Positions 42,701 through 52,438 of a stretch of DNA of 52,438 bases are shown here, piece after piece (the stretch's first letter is position 1; the number at the start of each line of letters is the position of its first letter). The position numbers were made by a program, and so were the translations under genes. Location of the stretch: IMG/VR virus record IMGVR_UViG_3300010054_000044, positions 1 through 52,438 of that record; one strand, 5' to 3'. The notes under the pieces are model-generated. The model searched no databases. It had not been told where the DNA came from and saw only the letters and a list, made by a program, of their open reading frames with translations. This DNA is from a virus (lineage: Duplodnaviria; Caudoviricetes).

Positions 42701-43540
42701 ATGACACACCTCAGCGAGAAGCCGCGCATACGCGTGCCTTCCGGACGCTATCGCGTGGTCGATAGTGCCGACCACTTAGAGCTTTGGCACCAAGTCGATA
42801 AGACGCCGACCACGGCCATTCGTGAAGCCAACGTAGACGGCCAGCAGATCACCACGCTGGATGCGATGCACGTCATCGAGACCGCCACCAAGGTGTTTGG
42901 CCCGATGGGCATTGGCTGGGGCTACCGCATTGAGGATGAGCGCTTTGACGTAGGCGCGCCGATTCTAGGCAACAAGGGCGAGCTGATCGCTCATGAGCAA
43001 ACCCACACGATCCGCTTGGTGCTCTGGTATCGCTGGCATGGGGAGCGCGGCGAAGTCACTCAGTTTGGCCACACCCGGTACATCTACCGGACAGGTACCG
43101 GGAAATGGAAGACCGACGGCGAGGCACCGAAGAAGTCGATCACCGACGCCATCAAGAAGTGTCTGTCGCTGCTGGGCTTCTCGGCAGACGTCTACTACGG
43201 CAAGTTCGACAACAAGGACTACACCCAGGCGCAGCAAGCGGCTACCCGAATTGCGGTGGCCGAAGACCAGGACGCCGAAATAGAAAAGCTCCGGCAGGAT
43301 TACGCGGACTGGCTCAAACGTGAGTGCGAAACCCTTCGCCACCAAATCCCCCACCCCAAGAGCATCGAGCTGGCTGCCAGCAGAATGATCGACCGTATTC
43401 CGGACAAGGCATCCATGGCCCGCGTCGAGCCCGACAAAGGCCGAGACATGATCATCAAGGCCCGTGATGAAGGCATCGCCCGGGTATACGCCGAGAAGGA
43501 AAAGACCAAGCAACCACAAGAGGTAACGCAAAATGACTAA
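42701..43540 (+). CDS. Rad52/Rad22-like single-strand annealing protein
   Basis: FGPMGIGWG, EAPKKSITDAIKK.LS.LGF.ADVY.G. Confidence 0.7.
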   Translation: MTHLSEKPRIRVPSGRYRVVDSADHLELWHQVDKTPTTAIREANVDGQQITTLDAMHVIETATKVFGPMGIGWGYRIEDERFDVGAPILGNKGELIAHEQTHTIRLVLWYRWHGERGEVTQFGHTRYIYRTGTGKWKTDGEAPKKSITDAIKKCLSLLGFSADVYYGKFDNKDYTQAQQAATRIAVAEDQDAEIEKLRQDYADWLKRECETLRHQIPHPKSIELAASRMIDRIPDKASMARVEPDKGRDMIIKARDEGIARVYAEKEKTKQPQEVTQND

Positions 43541-44489
43541 CGCAGCCCCCAACACCGACTACAAAGGCGAGCTGATTGAGCTCGACGCCGTTGAGCAGGC
43601 CCTGGCAGGGCTGCGCGAGAAATACGGCACGGTGCCCGATGTTCGCACCAAGGACGGCTACGCGCTGTGCAAGACCGGCATACGCGAGCTGACCAGCTAC
43701 CGGACCAGCACCGAGAAACTGCGCAAGTCGATCACCCAGCCCCACCGTGACTTCGTCGACCGTGTGAACGCCTACGGCAAAGAGCTGACTGAAAAGCTGC
43801 GCATGATCGAGCAGCCGCTGAAAGACGCCAAGCAGCACGAAGACGAGCGCGCTGAACGTGAAAAGCAGCAACGCATCGCCAAGCTGCGTGAGCGCATTCA
43901 GGTTGAAATACTCAGCTACAAGGATACTGCCGTTGGGCTCGACTCAAATGCTCTGGCTGAGCTGCATGATGACGCCGTGAACATCAACACGGACGGCTAT
44001 TTTGACGTGACCAAAGAGGCCGAGGACGCCAAGGCAGACGTACTGCAGCACATCAGCGACATGCACGCCCACGCCCTTGAGAAAGAACGCTTGGCAGCCG
44101 AGCAAGCCGAAGTGGAAGCCGAGCGCCGCCGTTTGCGTGAAGAGAACGAGAAACGCGAAGCCGAGCAAAAGGAGCTGGAAGAACTGCGCCGCTTCAAAGC
44201 CGAGCAGGAAGCGAAGCGTAACCCCACGCCTCAGCCCAAACCAGAGCCGGAGCCCGCTCCCCTGCCCGCTGCCGCTGAGCATCAGCCGCTGAATACCAGC
44301 CGCCTGAGCGCTGCCGCTGATTCGTACAGCAAGCAACCGGCACCAACGTCAAAGCCGGAAACAGTCACGATCAGCCGCGGCGAATATGAGCAGCTTCTTG
44401 CCGACCAAGCCAAGCTGCGCGCCCTGGAGGCCATGGGCGTCGATAACTGGTCTGGGTATGAGCAGGCAATGCAGCAGCTTGCCGCTTAA
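43533..44489 (+). CDS. Coiled-coil early protein
   Basis: Long coiled coil; C-terminal LEAMGVDNWSGY motif. Confidence 0.7.
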   Translation: MTNAAPNTDYKGELIELDAVEQALAGLREKYGTVPDVRTKDGYALCKTGIRELTSYRTSTEKLRKSITQPHRDFVDRVNAYGKELTEKLRMIEQPLKDAKQHEDERAEREKQQRIAKLRERIQVEILSYKDTAVGLDSNALAELHDDAVNINTDGYFDVTKEAEDAKADVLQHISDMHAHALEKERLAAEQAEVEAERRRLREENEKREAEQKELEELRRFKAEQEAKRNPTPQPKPEPEPAPLPAAAEHQPLNTSRLSAAADSYSKQPAPTSKPETVTISRGEYEQLLADQAKLRALEAMGVDNWSGYEQAMQQLAA

Positions 44490-44540
44490 ACCTTCCCGTT
44501 ACCTCTGGGGCCGCAAGGCCCCTTTTCTTTGGAGCCCACT

Positions 44541-45134
44541 ATGAACCCTGTCCTCTTCTTCGACACCGAAACCACTGGCTTGCCTGACTGGAAATCACCC
44601 AGCGAAAGCGAACACCAGCCCCACCTGGTGCAGCTCGCCGCGATCCTGGCAGACACCGACACGCGCAAGGAAATAGCGACACTGGATTTGATCATTGCTC
44701 CGGACGGCTGGGAGATTCCCGCCGAGGTTTCAGAGATTCATGGCATCACGCATGAACACGCACTCGCGGTAGGCGTCGATGAGTCGCTTGCCCTGAATCT
44801 GTTCTTCCAGCTTTGGAACCGGTACCCACGCGTCGCCCATAATCGCACCTTCGACCAGCGGATTATCCGTATCGCAGCCAAGCGGTATATGGGAGAAGCC
44901 GAGGCCGAAGCCTGGGCCGACAAGGACGAATTCGCCGACACCATGCTGCTGACCAAGCCCATCATGCAGCTGTTGCCGAAAGGTAAGTATGGCTACAAGT
45001 CGCCGAAGCTGTCCGAAGCCTACGAGTTCTTCACCGGCAAACCTCTGGAAAACGCGCATAGCGCAATGGCCGATGCTCGCGCCTGCATGGAAGTCTACTG
45101 GCACCTGCTCGACCACGAAGCGAAAGCCGCTTAA
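44541..45134 (+). CDS. DEDDh 3'-5' exonuclease
   Basis: FDTETTG, AHN..FD, AHSAMADA. Confidence 0.88.
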   Translation: MNPVLFFDTETTGLPDWKSPSESEHQPHLVQLAAILADTDTRKEIATLDLIIAPDGWEIPAEVSEIHGITHEHALAVGVDESLALNLFFQLWNRYPRVAHNRTFDQRIIRIAAKRYMGEAEAEAWADKDEFADTMLLTKPIMQLLPKGKYGYKSPKLSEAYEFFTGKPLENAHSAMADARACMEVYWHLLDHEAKAA

Positions 45135-45194
45135 CCCTTCTCCTAACCTGGGGCCACTGGCCCCTCTACCCCCACCTCCATGAGGTAACTCGCA

Positions 45195-45554
45195 ATGTCC
45201 CACCCAACCGATGTGACCAAGTTCCTAGAGGACTTGGACGGCGGCGTATTGGCTGAACGCCTGGGTACTGTTCTGAGCCACGCAGCAGCGGCGGCAACGA
45301 ACAACCCGAAGAAGAAAGCCAAAGTATCGATTGATCTGACAATCGAGAACATTGGCTCCGGCAGCCGGGTCGGCGTGGCTCATAAATTGGGCTTCAAAAT
45401 TCCGACCGAGCACGGCACTCAGTCGGAAGAACACACCACAGAAACGGTCATGTGCGTGAACACTGGCGGCGAAATGACGCTAGAGCCTAAGAACCAGTTC
45501 GACATGATCGGCCACCCCCACCGCGATAAAGACTCGCACCAGGAGAAGCACTAA
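45195..45554 (+). CDS. YfdP-like phage protein
   Basis: TDV..FL.DLDGG; typical partner upstream of DUF2303. Confidence 0.6.
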   Translation: MSHPTDVTKFLEDLDGGVLAERLGTVLSHAAAAATNNPKKKAKVSIDLTIENIGSGSRVGVAHKLGFKIPTEHGTQSEEHTTETVMCVNTGGEMTLEPKNQFDMIGHPHRDKDSHQEKH

Positions 45555-46348
45555 TGTCATTGACTAAAGACGCCCTGCAGCACCTTGAAGCAAACCACAA
45601 AACCGGTACCGAAGCCGCCGAGGGTCACGCGCTGATCTTGGGCGATAACTTCAAGCTGGTGGATATGGAGAAATACCAAGACCACCGCCGCCGCTTCCGT
45701 GGCCAGTTCAAAACCAAGGGCTTGCGGGACTTCATTTCTTACGTATCGGCTCGTCAAGCCGATGCCCCGGTATTCATCGATCGCGACGCCATGGCGGCAT
45801 GCTCCTATTTGGATATCGGCGACAAGTCACTGCCTGGCCACTGCGACCACTCCGCCACGCTGAACCTGCCCAAAACCCCAGAGTTCACCGCCTACCTGAA
45901 TGCTGACGGCAGCACTTTCGGGCAGGAGGAAATGGTCGAGCTGGTCGAAGACTGGGGCCACCTGCTGACGTTTGAGAACAGCAAAGGCGAAGCGCTGGAG
46001 CGCGGTAAGGTCATCCATGCGTTTCGCAAGGTCAGCTTGGATGACCTGACAAGCATCGAAAGTGACAAGCAGGAGCACTCCAGTCGCGTGGGCGTGATGA
46101 ATAGCGTCACCGTCAAGAATGCCGACCGATTGCCCACAGTGATTTACTGGAAGCTCACTCCTTACGAGGGACTGACAGAGCGTACCCTAGCGATGCGCGT
46201 TTCCAGCAAGACCAAAGGCGGGCCATCGTTTGGGTTACGCGCTATCGCGCTGGACGCCGCCAAAGAAGAGATCGCCGCCGAGTTCGCCAAGCTGGTGACG
46301 GATGGATTACCAGAGAGCGAATGCTTGCTGGGCACCTTCCAGCCCTAA
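45554..46348 (+). CDS. DUF2303 (YfdQ) family protein
   Basis: [26 protein letters not shown]. Confidence 0.8.
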   Translation: MSLTKDALQHLEANHKTGTEAAEGHALILGDNFKLVDMEKYQDHRRRFRGQFKTKGLRDFISYVSARQADAPVFIDRDAMAACSYLDIGDKSLPGHCDHSATLNLPKTPEFTAYLNADGSTFGQEEMVELVEDWGHLLTFENSKGEALERGKVIHAFRKVSLDDLTSIESDKQEHSSRVGVMNSVTVKNADRLPTVIYWKLTPYEGLTERTLAMRVSSKTKGGPSFGLRAIALDAAKEEIAAEFAKLVTDGLPESECLLGTFQP

Positions 46349-46400
46349 CAGCAGCACCCAACCACAGAGGGCCTTCGGGCCCTTTTCTATTGGAGGTCAC

Positions 46401-46937
46401 ATGGCCCGAGGCATTAACAAAGTCATCTTGATTGGCAACCTGGGCCAAGACCCAGAAGTACGCTTCACACAAGGCGGTACCGCTGTCGCCACTCTCAACA
46501 TTGCCACCAGTGACAGCTGGCTAGACCGCAACAGCGGCCAGCGACAGGAGCGCACCGAGTGGCATCGCGTGATCTTATTCAAGAAAACGGCAGAGATTGC
46601 TCAGCAGTACCTACGAAAAGGCTCAAAGGTTTACATCGAGGGCCGACTGCAAACACGCAAATGGCAAGACCAGAGCGGGCAAGACCGCTACACCACTGAA
46701 ATCGTCGCTAACGATATGCAAATGCTGGATAGCGGCGGGCAGCAAGCACCACAACAAGGCGGTTACCAACAACCACCTCAGAATCAGCAGCGCGGTGGCC
46801 ACCGACAACCACCGCCGAATAATACGGGATATGGCGCCCAACAGCCTCAGGGCCAACAGCAACCTCAAAGGCAGCACCCTTATGGCGCGCCTGATCCCGC
46901 TCAATACGATGACTTTGACGACGAAATTCCGTTCTGA
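46401..46937 (+). CDS. ssb: Single-stranded DNA-binding protein
   Basis: [19 protein letters not shown]...TEWHRV...DDEIPF. Confidence 0.95.
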   Translation: MARGINKVILIGNLGQDPEVRFTQGGTAVATLNIATSDSWLDRNSGQRQERTEWHRVILFKKTAEIAQQYLRKGSKVYIEGRLQTRKWQDQSGQDRYTTEIVANDMQMLDSGGQQAPQQGGYQQPPQNQQRGGHRQPPPNNTGYGAQQPQGQQQPQRQHPYGAPDPAQYDDFDDEIPF

Positions 46938-47107
46938 AGTTGATACCCCAGGCGACGGTGGGGAGCAATAACATCGCCAGTTTGCGCGGTACCGCCCTTG
47001 ATGACGCTACCCGGTGCTAGCCCGCCGGATGCGCGAGACTGCATTGCAGTAGGGCCGTGAGCAAGCCGTAAGCCGCCGCGTGAGTGCGGCCACCATGGGA
47101 GAAGATC

Positions 47108-47608
47108 ATGCACGAGAGACTAAAAGAGTTAGCGGAGCGGCTGACCAAACCAGGCAGCAAATGCCAGCACTTAAGCATGTCTGAAGTGCACGAGTTGAGC
47201 GAGGCAGTGCTAGAGCTGCTTGAGAAGCCTGCCATCATTGAAACCAAGCAAGTGTTTGCCGTCATCCAGAACGCAGATGGCACAGAAGGCCGTGGGCCAA
47301 ATTACGTGATGGCGGTATGCGAGGCGGAGTCAACGGCTCACCGCTTGGGAAAAGGTAAAGACGTTCAAGGCTCGGATTGCGGAATTGTACCGACAGTAGC
47401 GATACGAATTAGCAACCATCCGTATGCCACGCCCTGCTCTTGGCTAGCACCGTGTCGAATATACGAGCCCAATGGCAAAGACAGAGCAGCTGAACGAGAA
47501 CTCCAGCATCAACGAGCTGCAAAAAAGCGGAAGCAAGACGCCCTAGAGCGGGCCAAAGCGGCAGGACTAAGCGACGAGGACATTAAGGCGTTGAGTATTA
47601 ATGATTAA
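47108..47608 (+). CDS. Hypothetical protein
   Basis: N.D.TEGRG motif; AGLSDEDI C-terminus. Confidence 0.6.
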   Translation: MHERLKELAERLTKPGSKCQHLSMSEVHELSEAVLELLEKPAIIETKQVFAVIQNADGTEGRGPNYVMAVCEAESTAHRLGKGKDVQGSDCGIVPTVAIRISNHPYATPCSWLAPCRIYEPNGKDRAAERELQHQRAAKKRKQDALERAKAAGLSDEDIKALSIND

Positions 47609-47858
47609 CTTCTGGAGCTGCTTTAGGGATGGAGCCGAGCATCGCACCCAAACTGGCCCAACCGACGTTTGCTGACACTTCACAGAATGTAGCAATTGTG
47701 ATGCCGAAATTTTTAAGCATGACGGTACCCTCCTCATCGGGATGTTTGCCCGAACCAGTGTTGCTTAGTAGCCAATTTTTACCCAAGTGGAGCAATAAGC
47801 AGAGAAAAATCAGCAAGAGGAAGAGCCAAGGATAAGTGGCGATAAGGCCCACCCACAT
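47598..47858 (-). CDS. Putative small membrane protein (moron) bounded by inverted repeats
   Basis: Hydrophobic 86 aa; AT-rich upstream region with TTGACA. Confidence 0.35.
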   Translation of the reverse strand: MWVGLIATYPWLFLLLIFLCLLLHLGKNWLLSNTGSGKHPDEEGTVMLKNFGITIATFCEVSANVGWASLGAMLGSIPKAAPEVNH

Positions 47859-47871
47859 CCCTAAAGCAGCT
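47616..47871. repeat. 16-bp perfect inverted repeat pair
   Basis: AGCTGCTTTAGGGATG at 47616..47631 and its reverse complement at 47856..47871. Confidence 0.85.
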
Positions 47872-47973
47872 GAACCTATATTAACAGAGCCTCACTCAAT
47901 TATCAATAACAAAACCAAATGTCAATAATTATTTTTTTCATCTTAAAAACAGCTATTGATCGAGACAAGGCGT

Positions 47974-49656
47974 ATGAATATAAAGGATATTTTTCATTTC
48001 CACCTATTCTGTGGCCTAGGTGGCGGCGCGCTTGGCTTCAATCGCGGCCATGCCCGCGTTGGCAACACGGAAGCCAAATTCCAATGCCTGGGCGGCATCG
48101 ATGTAGACCCGGGTGCTATCGCTGACTTTCAGCGGCTCACCGGTACCCCCGGCACTGTGCTGGATATGTTCAGCCGCGACCAGTACGAAGCCTTTCATGG
48201 TCACGAGCCACCCAGCGACTGGAAGGAAGCTACGCCTGCCGATATCCATGCTGCAGCAGGCAATCAGCGCCCCAACATCATCTTTCTGAGCGCGCCATGT
48301 AAAGGATTCAGCGGTCTACTCTCACAGACACGCAGCACCACGCCCAAGTATCAGGCACTGAACCAGCTCACTGTTCGCGGTATGTGGCTAGCACTTGAAG
48401 CCTGGGCCGACGACCCGCCCGAGCTGATCATTTTCGAGAACGTGCCACGCATTGCCAGCCGTGGCCGAGAGCTGCTGAATAAAATCGCTAGCATGCTGCA
48501 GCGCTATGGCTATCACATTGCTGAAACCACACACGACTGCGGCGAGATCGGCCATCTGGCGCAGTCTCGCAAGCGCTTCCTACTGGTGGCACGCCACGCT
48601 GAGAAAGTGCCGCCCTTCCTGTATGAGCCTATCAAGCGGCCGCTTCGCGCCGTGGGGGACGTACTTGGTCAAATGCCGTTGCCTGGTGATGAGCTGGCTG
48701 GACCTATGCACCGCGTGCCTCGCTTGCAGTGGAAAACATGGGTGCGCCTAGCGTTTGTAGAAGCCGGTAGCGATTGGCGTTCACTTAACAAGCTAGCGGT
48801 CGAGGATGGCTACCTGAGTGACTACCTCATCGTGCCCGAATATCGTTCAGGCTACATGGGCGTGAACCAATGGCATGAACCCATGGGCACCGTGGCGGGA
48901 CGCAGCACGCCCACCAACGGCGCGTTTAGCATTGCTGATCCTCGATTCAACCAGTCAGCCAAGTGGAAGGATGGGCAAGCCTACGGCGTGCGGCGATGGG
49001 ATGGCTCTACCGGTGCCATTACGGGCCAGCAGTCGCCCGGGCAAGGTGCATTTGCTGTCGCTGACCCACGCCGCAAAGGCCCCACCTATGGCAAGTACGC
49101 TATCACGCCATGGGATCAATCCACCGGCACCGTCATATCAGGTAGCACCACTGGCCAGGGAGCTTTTGGCGTTGCTGATCCGCGCCCGGGGCTGAGCCGG
49201 TCGAAGGGTGATCACTATTTGACCGCTGGCCACTACGGCGTTGTGCCGTGGCAATCATCGTGTGGTGCCGTTTCGACATCCGCTGGCCATGACAATGGCA
49301 ATTGGTCGGTAGCTGACCCTCGCTTGCCTGATCCCAACGACAAGCTGGTGGCCGTGATTCGCGCACTCGACGGCACCTGGCACCGCCCCTTTACCACTTT
49401 TGAACTGGCCGCCCTTCAGGGGCTGGTGGACCCCTGCGAACATCTGGAACTTGAGGGCTTGAGCGATAGCGCTTGGCGTGAGCGTATCGGCAACGCGGTG
49501 CCCGCACCTGCGGCTGAAGCTATTGCAAACGTGATGGGTACCACTTTGCTGCTGGCTTGGTCTGGAGAAACCTTCGCGCTGGGCAGTACGCCCATCTGGG
49601 TGCGGAATGTCGCTGCCAGCCTATCGCTTCAACAGCCGAGCCACATCATTAACTAA
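47974..49656 (+). CDS. DNA cytosine-5 methyltransferase (orphan)
   Basis: LFCGLGG, SAPCKGFS, FENV, QSRKR, ELAALQG, IGNAVP; internal ADPR repeats. Confidence 0.9.
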   Translation: MNIKDIFHFHLFCGLGGGALGFNRGHARVGNTEAKFQCLGGIDVDPGAIADFQRLTGTPGTVLDMFSRDQYEAFHGHEPPSDWKEATPADIHAAAGNQRPNIIFLSAPCKGFSGLLSQTRSTTPKYQALNQLTVRGMWLALEAWADDPPELIIFENVPRIASRGRELLNKIASMLQRYGYHIAETTHDCGEIGHLAQSRKRFLLVARHAEKVPPFLYEPIKRPLRAVGDVLGQMPLPGDELAGPMHRVPRLQWKTWVRLAFVEAGSDWRSLNKLAVEDGYLSDYLIVPEYRSGYMGVNQWHEPMGTVAGRSTPTNGAFSIADPRFNQSAKWKDGQAYGVRRWDGSTGAITGQQSPGQGAFAVADPRRKGPTYGKYAITPWDQSTGTVISGSTTGQGAFGVADPRPGLSRSKGDHYLTAGHYGVVPWQSSCGAVSTSAGHDNGNWSVADPRLPDPNDKLVAVIRALDGTWHRPFTTFELAALQGLVDPCEHLELEGLSDSAWRERIGNAVPAPAAEAIANVMGTTLLLAWSGETFALGSTPIWVRNVAASLSLQQPSHIIN

Positions 49657-49682
49657 AAAGTGACCCCTTAGCGAGGTGAAGC

Positions 49683-50126
49683 ATGAAACTGAATATCACA
49701 ACTCACATCATCGGTAATGACGAAAACGATAAACGCCCAATAGTCGCGGGAGGAAAAATCGAAATGGCCAGCGCCCTGGGCGACCTAAAAGCCGAAGTCA
49801 CCGAAGGTAAGCACAAAGGGCGCATCATAGAAGCCTTTGCTTGGCTCGCTTGCGGTGAAGAAAGCGCGACCATCAATATTACCGAGGCCTCAACAGGCCA
49901 CTGCCTTGAGCGCGTCCATGCTATTGCGGTCATCAACGGCAAACCATGTAGCGCAACAAAGCTACCGGACGAAGCCTTGTGGAACATGACGCCCAACTTT
50001 ATGGAAGCGGCCAAGAAAGCAGGTTTCCACCGCTTCGAGAAGGCAACCGATATAGAAGCCGATGTTCTTTTCAAGCGCATCGACGGCTTGCCGAAAATCA
50101 AAGCAACTGGATCACTGGTGGCATAG
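49683..50126 (+). CDS. Hypothetical protein
   Basis: GAGGTG RBS. Confidence 0.6.
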   Translation: MKLNITTHIIGNDENDKRPIVAGGKIEMASALGDLKAEVTEGKHKGRIIEAFAWLACGEESATINITEASTGHCLERVHAIAVINGKPCSATKLPDEALWNMTPNFMEAAKKAGFHRFEKATDIEADVLFKRIDGLPKIKATGSLVA

Positions 50127-50133
50127 AAGAAAC

Positions 50134-50340
50134 ATGAGCTATTACCCCAAACCCACTATGTGCACGTCCTGCCGCCACGCCATAGCTGATTGTGGCCACC
50201 TGCCCTTTTCTTCAATGTCCATACTGAGCAAAAGCAAGCACCGCATTATCGTCAGCTGCACGGAGTACCAAGATGCTCGACCAGCTCCCGCACGCCAAGC
50301 GGATCGCCGAGATAGTCCGCAAACGGCGGCTTATTCCTGA
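50134..50340 (+). CDS. Small Cys-rich phage protein
   Basis: YYPK..MC..C......C..LPF..M...V.C..Y. Confidence 0.55.
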   Translation: MSYYPKPTMCTSCRHAIADCGHLPFSSMSILSKSKHRIIVSCTEYQDARPAPARQADRRDSPQTAAYS

Positions 50341-50419
50341 TACGCCACGCTGGCGATTATCGACGCGATTATTCAAAGACTACCGCCGCCAATGAGCGGT
50401 TTTTTATTGCGAGGTGTTT

Positions 50420-50851
50420 ATGAGCGAACTAAAGCCATGTCCGTTCTGTGGAGGGAAAGCCGAGCTAGTTACCGGTGCTCCAGAATACTGGGTGAGATGC
50501 CTAACATGCGGCGCAAGTAGCGATACTACCGCGAGCAGTGAACGGGCTACCGATAATTGGAATCGTCGTCCAAGCCAAGAACCTGAGCATACGGCATGCC
50601 CCGAAGGTTACAGCTTGGTGCCCACCAAGATAACGGCAGAGTCTGGTCACAAGTATGCATTGATGGGCGCGTTTTCTGAGTCGATAACGCTGACTTGCCC
50701 TGACTGTGATACAGATGAGCCGGACGAGCATTGCGAAATTTGTAATGGCCTCGGGGAATACGAGCAATCGGTGGCTATTGAGTGGAACACCATCAAGCAT
50801 ATTCATGACCGAATAGTTTCTGCGTCAGCTCCACCAGGAGCGCCGTGTTAA
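50420..50851 (+). CDS. Lar-like restriction alleviation domain protein with second Zn-finger
   Basis: ELKPCPFCGG...C..CGA...WNRR; CPDC...CEIC.G.G. Confidence 0.7.
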   Translation: MSELKPCPFCGGKAELVTGAPEYWVRCLTCGASSDTTASSERATDNWNRRPSQEPEHTACPEGYSLVPTKITAESGHKYALMGAFSESITLTCPDCDTDEPDEHCEICNGLGEYEQSVAIEWNTIKHIHDRIVSASAPPGAPC

Positions 50852-50944
50852 TTTTTCCCACCGATGAGTAGGCCGCCAACTGGCGGTTTTTTTGTGCCCG
50901 CAGGCCCTGCTCGGGCCTCGCTGTCCACCAAGGGAGACGCCATC

Positions 50945-51166
50945 ATGGACCTGTTATTAACGCCAGGTGAGATAGAAACCCTGACTGGCCGCAAGCGAAC
51001 CAAGGAGCAATGCGCCGCGCTTGATGCCATGGGGGTGCGCTGGAAGATCAACGCCAGCGGCGCACTGATCGTTGGTCGTCGGCATGTAGAGCAAGTGCTG
51101 TGCGGCGAGAACGTCAGCCAAACACCAGAAACCAAGCGACCTAATTTCGAGGCCTTACACGCATGA
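50945..51166 (+). CDS. xis: DUF4224 excisionase-like protein
   Basis: LT..EI..LTG.K....Q...L...G; PNF.AL; ATGA overlap with integrase. Confidence 0.75.
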   Translation: MDLLLTPGEIETLTGRKRTKEQCAALDAMGVRWKINASGALIVGRRHVEQVLCGENVSQTPETKRPNFEALHA

Positions 51167-52182
51167 CGCAGGAGAACCCAGGCATCCCCCGGGTGTATTG
51201 GAAAAGTGGCGCATGGCGCTATAAGTGCAACGCCCGCCAGAAGGCACTGGTGGGCAAAAGCTGGATACGCTTGGGAGAAACCGCCAAGGAAGCCCAAGCT
51301 GCCTATGAGCAGTGGCAAGAGCGGCTATTTCCCAAGGCAGGCATGGGCCGCATATTCGACCGTTATGAAGCGGAGATCATCCCCGCCAAGCCTGCCGAAG
51401 CGACACGACGCTCCAACCTGCAGGAGCTCAAAAAGCTGCGCGCTGTGTTTGCCGAGTGCGAGCCAGGCGATATAACGGTTCACGACATTTATCGTTATAT
51501 GGATGCCCGCGGCGTTCAGTCGAAAACGCAGGCCAACCACGAGTTGGCTCTGCTCAAACACATCTTCCGGTACGCCCAGCGCTGGGGAATCGTGGAACAC
51601 AACCCCGCCGATCCGGTGACCAAGTTCAAGCTCAAGCCACGTGACCGCTATATCACCCACGCAGAGTTTAGCCGCTTTCTAAAATTCACCTCTCCATGGG
51701 TACGTCGCTACGCCCTACTGAAATACAAAACCGGACTACGCCAACGTGACCTGCTCACCCTCCGACTGGATCAGCTCACTCCGGACGGCATCGTGTTACG
51801 CAGTAGCAAGGCAGGCAAGCAGGCCGTCATTCCCTGGGATGATGAGCTGAGGCGTTTAGTGCATGAGATAAAGGCCGACAATCTAGGTCGTGGCAAGCAA
51901 GGCCCCACGTTGTTCTGCAAGCGGGACGGTATGCCCTACAACAAGGATAAGTTTCACAGCCGCTGGCAGTACGGGATGCGTAAGGCAATGCATGAGGGCC
52001 ACGTCGAGCGGTTTACCGAGCATGATATCCGAGCCAAGCACGCGACCGATGCCGATGAGCAAGGCTATGACGCCATGACCAATTTGCAGCACAGCGACCG
52101 GCGAACGACTGAGGTCTATCTACGTGCTAAGCGGGTGTTGACGGTAAGCACGTTGGGGGCGGGAGAGTTCCTAGAAGATTAG
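51163..52182 (+). CDS. int: Tyrosine integrase
   Basis: TGLR, K, HDIRAK, LQH and catalytic Y (TTEVYLR). Confidence 0.92.
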   Translation: MTQENPGIPRVYWKSGAWRYKCNARQKALVGKSWIRLGETAKEAQAAYEQWQERLFPKAGMGRIFDRYEAEIIPAKPAEATRRSNLQELKKLRAVFAECEPGDITVHDIYRYMDARGVQSKTQANHELALLKHIFRYAQRWGIVEHNPADPVTKFKLKPRDRYITHAEFSRFLKFTSPWVRRYALLKYKTGLRQRDLLTLRLDQLTPDGIVLRSSKAGKQAVIPWDDELRRLVHEIKADNLGRGKQGPTLFCKRDGMPYNKDKFHSRWQYGMRKAMHEGHVERFTEHDIRAKHATDADEQGYDAMTNLQHSDRRTTEVYLRAKRVLTVSTLGAGEFLED

Positions 52183-52315
52183 ACATTAGTCTATTATGCA
52201 CTGGTCTGGCTGGAGCAGTATAACGGTAGGTGTTCCCCTCGTTATACTTTCACCTTTTTTCGTGCCTAGAAACGAGAAAAGGGAACCAGCTAAGTAGCTG
52301 ATTCCCTTCATATTC

Positions 52316-52377
52316 TGGCGGAGGGACAGGGATTCGAACCCTGGATAGGCTATTAACCTATGCCGGTTTTCAAGACC
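52316..52377 (-). repeat. att site within the tRNA
   Basis: Identical to 267..328. Confidence 0.96.
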
Positions 52378-52406
52378 GGTGCATTCAACCGCTCTGCCAT
52401 CCCTCC
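52316..52406 (-). tRNA. tRNA-Ser(UGA), intact, with encoded CCA; integration site
   Basis: GGAGGGA/TCCCTCC acceptor stem, CCGGT-CTTGAAA-ACCGG anticodon arm, long variable arm, GGTTCGAATCC. Confidence 0.96.
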
Positions 52407-52438
52407 GGCTTATGGGTGCGTATAATAACAGCTTCTCC

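Larger units (their letters stand above)
267..52377. mobile_element. Complete temperate prophage (lambdoid regulation, podovirus-like virion module) integrated at tRNA-Ser
   Basis: 62-bp direct repeats at 267..328 and 52316..52377 equal the 3' part of the tRNA; integrase and xis next to the intact tRNA; full set of phage modules between. Confidence 0.96.

Overview
The window is one apparently complete ~52.1-kb temperate prophage (267..52377) integrated in a tRNA-Ser(UGA) gene, with 62-bp att direct repeats at both ends. The host is a GC-rich gammaproteobacterium, possibly Halomonadaceae (inference only). It combines a lambdoid control, replication and recombination arm (int, xis, C5-MTase, SSB, exonuclease, Rad52-like annealase, cI/cro, O/P, Nin, RusA, Q-like) with a podovirus-like late module (P22-type terminase, portal, N4-gp56-type capsid, tail tubular proteins, tailspike, ejection proteins, 2.8-kaa polyvalent protein). 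Accessory genes include an EndA-Excalibur DNase, an Ntn-hydrolase/proteasome-fold gene pair, and an AT-rich gene pair in the rexAB position. The most striking feature is the terminase locus. The ATPase carries a 318-aa intein in its Walker A motif with no sense-strand endonuclease. An HTH-HNH endonuclease gene is instead encoded on the opposite strand entirely within the intein, with its own predicted sigma70 promoter and RBS. The same terL gene is also split into ATPase and nuclease ORFs by two small inserted genes, one resembling DUF2829/Tad2. Family assignments come from motif recognition, not database searches.
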